Source: the human T2T-CHM13v2.0 reference genome, Homo sapiens. Taken from it: a DNA stretch of 64,000 bases. A model generated the notes under the pieces. The model was given only the letters and a program-made list of their open reading frames with translations, was not told the DNA's origin and did no database searches. The DNA lies in the NCBI RefSeq assembly GCF_009914755.1, contig NC_060935.1. The stretch is one strand, 5' to 3'. A program made the position numbers and the translations under genes. Positions 58,135 through 64,000 of this stretch are shown piece after piece (position 1 is the first letter of the stretch; every line of letters begins with the position of its first letter).

Positions 58135-58422
58135 AGCCGGGCTGGGTGGCTCGTGCCTTTAATCCTAGCACTTTGGGAGGCCAAGGCAGGCAGATCACTT
58201 GAGGTCAGGAGTTCGAAGCCAGCGTGGCCAACATGGTGAAACCCCGTCTCTACAAAAAATATAAAAAATTAGCTGGGTATGGTGGTGGGTGCTTGTAATC
58301 CCAGCTACTTAGGAGGCTGAGGCAGGAGAATCGCTTGAACCCGGGAGGCGGTGGTTTCACTGAGCCAAGATGGCGCCACTGCACTCCAGCCTGGGTGACA
58401 GAGTGAGACTCCAAAAAAAAAA
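58135..58422 (+). mobile_element. AluS (Sx/Sz-like)
   Basis: Full Alu; long TSD aagtaagagtcaca. Confidence 0.95.
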
Positions 58423-60875
58423 GGAAGTAAGAGTCACAGTTTCAGATAATTACAATGATCTTCCACAAAACCCAGCTTTAGTTACCCATGAGGTAAATGT
58501 GATCTTTCTAATATTTAGCATATATATTGATAACTGAAAAGACAAATTTCATTTCTTCAACTGACTAGTTCCATCTTCTCAGTATAGGAAGATGTAAAAA
58601 TAAAATATGTATCTAGAAAGAAGAACATATCCTTCCACTACAAGTAGCTATTAATTAGCAGAGAATAAAAAGAAAATAAGTCTTACTAAAATACATATTT
58701 TATACTTGTTAAGAAGTCTCTGATGGTACAAGAAATAATACGGCCTTAAATCAGCCATTTTAATTTTTGGTCATATTTATTCACATATGATATTTTCAAT
58801 ACATTCTTTGTAAAACATAAGGTTAAATGCCTGTCATACCTTATTAGAAGTGTTGGGCAGCATAATGCAAGATATTTCAACCAGCCTAAATAGGAATAAA
58901 ATATCTCATAATATTCATGTGTCCCTCAAGGGGCAGTCAATATACTGGCCCATAGACCAATAAATGACTCACTTCTGCGTGGATCTAAAAAGTAAAGGCT
59001 AGTTATGGGGTAGTCTGGGCCTATGAACAATTCTATTTCAAATTTACCAAGGGAGTGCCTGCTGGCCAAGGGGTTCATAGCTGGTTTGGGAGACTTTCAA
59101 AGTAAAGGGCTTGTGAGGAAGTGGAAGACTGAAAGGCTAAGCCAGAATTCTAGAGTCAAAACTGGAACCCTAGGCTCACCTAGAATCTTGGAAGTTTGAA
59201 GGTATACCCTTAACTACTCAAAAACAGCCATCCCTTATAAAACACTAACAGATTCCAAGAAGTGGAGCATGTGTCCATTTAAAAGCAATGGCCACTTTAC
59301 ATTTCTGAGAAAGGCCAGCAGCTAAGGCTGGTGTCTTGACCCTGTCTCTTGGTGGGACATTCTTGCTCCCTATTAGAATTTCCTTCAAAAGTGATGATAT
59401 TTAATTGAAATATTTTCATGGCCACAAGGATAATGAAATGCTCGAAAGCAAAAACAAAGAAACAAAGAAGTCCAGGCACAAATGCATTATAAGATTATTT
59501 TCTCAAATAATCTTTGCTATTGCACTTCTGAAAGTGTTTCTTATAAAGAGAACAAAATAAAGCCATAGAAGAACAGACATATTTTGGAAAATGAGAAAAG
59601 TTTTCATATTATTGGCTATATTGTATCTAATATAAATATACTACTGATATTTTTAAAATAAATGTCTTTAAATCAAAATCCTATTTTGCTAACAATAAAC
59701 TCTCCATTAACTAGATCCCAAATAAGAGGCAACCTAGTAGGAGAAAGGTTTATGTAATTGTTAATTATAATTCAGTATGCTAAGTGCAATAAATGCAGTG
59801 CAATTGAATATCATGGCAGTCCAGAGGATAGAAGGAGAAGGAAGAGTTGGAAGATTAGAAAAGGCTTTTTGGAAATGTCGTCAGACTTTTGAAGAACAGT
59901 CTTTCTTCAGATTTTTGAAAGACAAATAGGAATTCTATATGGTAACTACAGGTTTAGGTTATATAGGATATATATTTTAAATTGTTTAAATCACACAGGT
60001 TTAAGGAAACTGTTATGGGGACACATGACTAAACGTTTTGACTTGGTAGTGTATTTACTTTATATAGTGAATTCCACTTCCTCCCCGCCATCTGTACTCC
60101 TACCACAGTGATGTCTAAGGGACAAGTTAGATACAGCTAGTCACTTATAGGTCTCAGCAGATCTAATCAGACAGAGTAAATAGGCCCTTATGCTTATGCC
60201 TTCAAGACCACACTGAATGCAGGTAGTTGCTGGCTGTCATAGCTTTTGTGTATAGTGTACCACAATCCCCCCAACCCCACCCCCGCAAACCCACCACACA
60301 CACACAATAGAAAGTCCACTATACCTTTGAGGATTTATTTAGGAACTCCCACATTCAAACAATGCTTGTTATCAGTACCCTGCATTAATAGTTCTGTCTC
60401 TTCTCTCTCTTTTCTTGTTCCTTCTGCTGCTGCTTCCCCCACACTTCTCAGCTTTCAAGCCAAACAGACTAACCTTGCTACTCAGGGTCCTTCTTTCCCT
60501 TGTAGCCAAGAACCAATCAATTTGGTATAATGGACATAATTTTTGGATTTGACCTTTCTTCAGCTGTTGCACAGTACTAAAGGAGAATATTCCTTCAAAG
60601 TGAAGGAACTTTGTTTTTTTCCCTCCCTGGTTTATATCAGAAAAAAGATGCTCATGAAAATTAGGGAAAGATCATTTCTAGTTAGCCAGTTACTGTGGTA
60701 ATAGAGAAGCTTCTAGGATGTCACTGAAAAGGTGGTAGACAGCATCTGCAAGTGATACACACACCAAACAGAGGTAACTGAGTTGACTTTATCAATATTT
60801 TCTGTCAGTGGTATTAAGCTTTTTATTTTCCCCATAGAATTACACCATATACTGGCATCAGTAGTAACTCTGGCT

Positions 60876-62431
60876 CAGTAGTTCGTAAATGTCTTGGTCC
60901 TGGAACCCCTTCATAAATGTCTTGGTCCTGGAACCCCTTCGCACTCTTAAAAATTATTGGGGACCCCAAAGAGCCTTTGTTTATGTGTGGGTTATAACTG
61001 CCCATATTTACTGTATTAGAAATTAAACCCGAGAAAACTCTGAAATGTTTAATTCATTTAAAATAGTAATAAAATCTATTACAAAATAATATAAATCACA
61101 TATTTTTTGGAATAATTGTATTTTCCAAAACATAAAAAGTGAGAAGAGTGACATTTACATTTTGCAAATCTCTTTAATGTCTATTTAATACAAGACAGCT
61201 GAATTTTCCCCAATCTGTTGTGATGTGTTTTGATTGAACTATGCGTGAAAAATCGAACCTGACATAGCTACATAGTTGGAAAAAGAAGATAAGTGTGAAT
61301 ATTTTTCTTTGATACCACACTAAAACTCAACAAGTATTCTTCTTAAAGGTTAATTGCAATGTATCTGAAATCATATCCATGACCTCAACAGTTTATATCA
61401 TATTAAAATCCACTTGTACATTTTGCGGTTTAAATGGATTTTACCCATATATGATTCTGATAAACATTTCCTCAAAAATAAGCAAAATGATCCTGAAAAC
61501 TAGAGGAAAACAACTGACAACAATCATTGTCAGTGATAAAAAGAATGGTCAGATCCAAAGATTACCTTGTCCATTATGCTCTAATTGGCTGCTCTTGGCT
61601 GAAAAGGAAAGAAAGACCCCAATTAATAATGTCTTTCTCTGTTGGTCAATTGAAAAATATTGGCTCAATGAGTTATGTAAATCTTTCAAATACTGACAAA
61701 TTTTATTGCAGATTATCAAAAAGTTACATCCACTAATATCATACTTGATCTCAAGGGGACAGCCTTTAAGAACCAGGAAGCTTTAAGGCTACTGGTGACA
61801 GATACATATTTTCAAAAATTCTAATTTTTCCCTGAAAGCTTGAATTTTATCACTGGCAGCAAATAGTGTCAATTAGTTTCCTTGAATTTTCAGGGTCATA
61901 CTACTCATTTATAAGATAATGTTTATCAAATGCCCAGGTCTGAGTAACCAAAGTTTGTCTGACAGGTGTTATTTCAAGTAAAAATGGGGTTACATGAAAA
62001 AAGTGGCTAGTTCAGCTTGCAACTAAAACAACTGCACAAGTTTTCTCCTTGAGCCAACCAGTTTGCTATGCAATGGATGCACTTTATACGCATTCCATTT
62101 TGTCACACGGGGTATTAAAAAGATGCACACAAAAAGGTCAAGCTTTAACAAAATTTAAATTTTCACTGCTTCTTCAAGGACATTCAGTGATATTGAAATT
62201 TTTTCCCCATTGTTCAATGTGCAGTGGTAAAGAACACAGTGATAACGGTTTGGTGCCACTAACCTGATTAATACTAAGGGGCTAGCATAGTTTTACCCCC
62301 ACTGCTTTTGCTCTCAGTGAAGAAGGCAAATAAAGTCTTTGTATAATTATGAACACAGTTTTGACCTCTCAGGCCTTTTGAAAGGGTTTTGGACCCACAG
62401 GGATCCAAGGACCATACTTTGAGAACTGCTG
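60876..62431. mobile_element. Charlie1a-type non-autonomous hAT DNA transposon, near full length
   Basis: TIRs cagtagttc... and ...gagaactgctg; consensus-like cactcttaaaaattattggggaccccaaagagcctttgtttatg and ggaccatactttgagaac; degenerate 8-bp TSD ctctggct/ctttatct. Confidence 0.85.
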
Positions 62432-64000
62432 CTTTATCTTATTAAGGAATTAGCCAAACAACTGTTAGAGAGATAAAAGTGACCAGCTTACTCTTCTCCT
62501 ACTCCTTCAGTTAATCTACAATAGTATTTAAAGTATGGCTAACTTTCATGTTTCCAACCAATATTACCTGGAGAATCTTCGGTATCTTTGGGCATTCCAC
62601 AGATGGTGAAGCTGGGAGTAGGGATATTCCCTAGCAGCCTCAATATTGCAGAGGACAATTAGAAACAGCTTATTACAAAGGCAGTATTAAGAATTAAATG
62701 GATTTCTTTGTTATTAGTTGTATGACTGAGACCAGGCCACTTAAATCTTCTCAGTTTGTGAGAATCAACTGAAATAATGTGAAAGCACCCTAAAAACTGT
62801 GAAGGTCAATACACACTTAAGTTATTATAATCCAAATATTTCAAAGGAAGAAAATGAAAAGGCTGAAGAGATGGGGAGAAAAGGTTAAAAGACTTTTACT
62901 TCCATCTCTTCTCCTAAACTAATTAAAAATTTTTGCTTTACCCTAGATTTACCACCCCCCCTTTTATTAAGCACAATTTTCCTTAACTCTTAGTCTTTTC
63001 AAACTAAATACCAATTCCCCTTATTTGCTGAAGTGTCAAGGAGGCAATTTAATTATTCGAGAATCAAAAGTCAATGCCTTGCTATTTAAGTGCAGGGGTG
63101 GGAAAGGGGCAGGGAATACAGACAGAAATATGGAAATCAAAAATAAGTAAAAAAAAAAAAAAAAGTCATTCTGACTAAAAGCATAATCTTTACCTCTCAT
63201 TTACAGGCAATAATTAAACAGGACAGAAAAGTGAGTATTAACCAAATTACTCAGTATGTATTGAAATATATTCCCATAAGACGGAAAGAACTAACATAGT
63301 CTGGGAAAATGGAAAAATATATGGACTTGTCCTTTTCTTTCTTACACGGTTTATAAAGTTCATTAACACACATCTATCTCTCTCCAACTATACAGCAATC
63401 TGTAAGGCAAGTAAAAATTATCAACATTTTACAGAGAAAACTCTGCTTTGAAATCAAAAGATCTGTTAAAGACCTAACTGCAACCACATCTGTGGCTTCC
63501 AGTATCACTACATTAGTAGTTATGTTTTCTATTTATTTAGGGTGGGGAGTTGGGGGAAGCAGCAGAACACTTTTTACAAATTAAATCTTCTATTGAACCT
63601 GAACTATAAAGCATATAAATATACCAAGCAACTTTCAAGTATTTTAGTAATAAAGTTACAACTACTGATAACAATAAATTTGTGTTCTCACAAGTAAACA
63701 TTTAACTTAAGTAAATATGGAAGGAATTCTTTTTAAAAAGCCAGTTCCTTCACAATCAATGACAATCTTTCTCATACATGACACAGTAACAAAAAAAAAT
63801 TCAAATATCTGTACAAAGATAGCAGAACAAATTGTAATTCAAGACCTGCACAAGAATAATTTTGTAATGAAAGATAATGGTGTTAGACTCCAGTTATTAA
63901 AATTATGTGTACATATTTGGGGGTACCCATATTTTTAAATTACAGTTTTAAAATAAGTTAAAACATACTTAAAAATTTAATGCAACTCAAGCATTTTAAA

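Overview
AT-rich primate (very probably human) genomic DNA containing most of SESN3 (sestrin-3) on the minus strand. Coding exons 2-10 are resolved to the base with canonical GT-AG boundaries (66, 198, 183, 237, 175, 119, 191, 145 and 87 nt; stop TGA at 10373-10375). A long (~7.7 kb), Alu-free 3' UTR probably ends near 2660. Everything above 30639 is intron 1, and exon 1 lies beyond the right edge. The introns carry about 15 Alu/FLAM copies, a 5'-truncated L1PA with a nested Alu, L1M/L2/MIR remnants, MER3/MER5 and Charlie1a-type hAT fossils, MLT1A and LTR40-like solo LTRs, and an antisense RPS16 processed-pseudogene fragment. Almost all long ORFs in the supplied track are Alu/L1 artefacts. I find no convincing new multi-gene system. 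The most unusual observations are: (i) an ancient inverted copy of flanking DNA inside the Charlie1a element; (ii) a perfect 19-bp hairpin and other fold-back scars; (iii) the candidate distal poly(A) signal lying inside a hairpin that reads AATAAA on both strands; (iv) a weak exon-6 donor with a read-through, C-terminally truncated isoform; (v) a candidate poison exon in intron 8; and (vi) inverted Alus around exons 7-9. Repeat subfamily names come from recalled consensus sequences, not from a RepeatMasker run.
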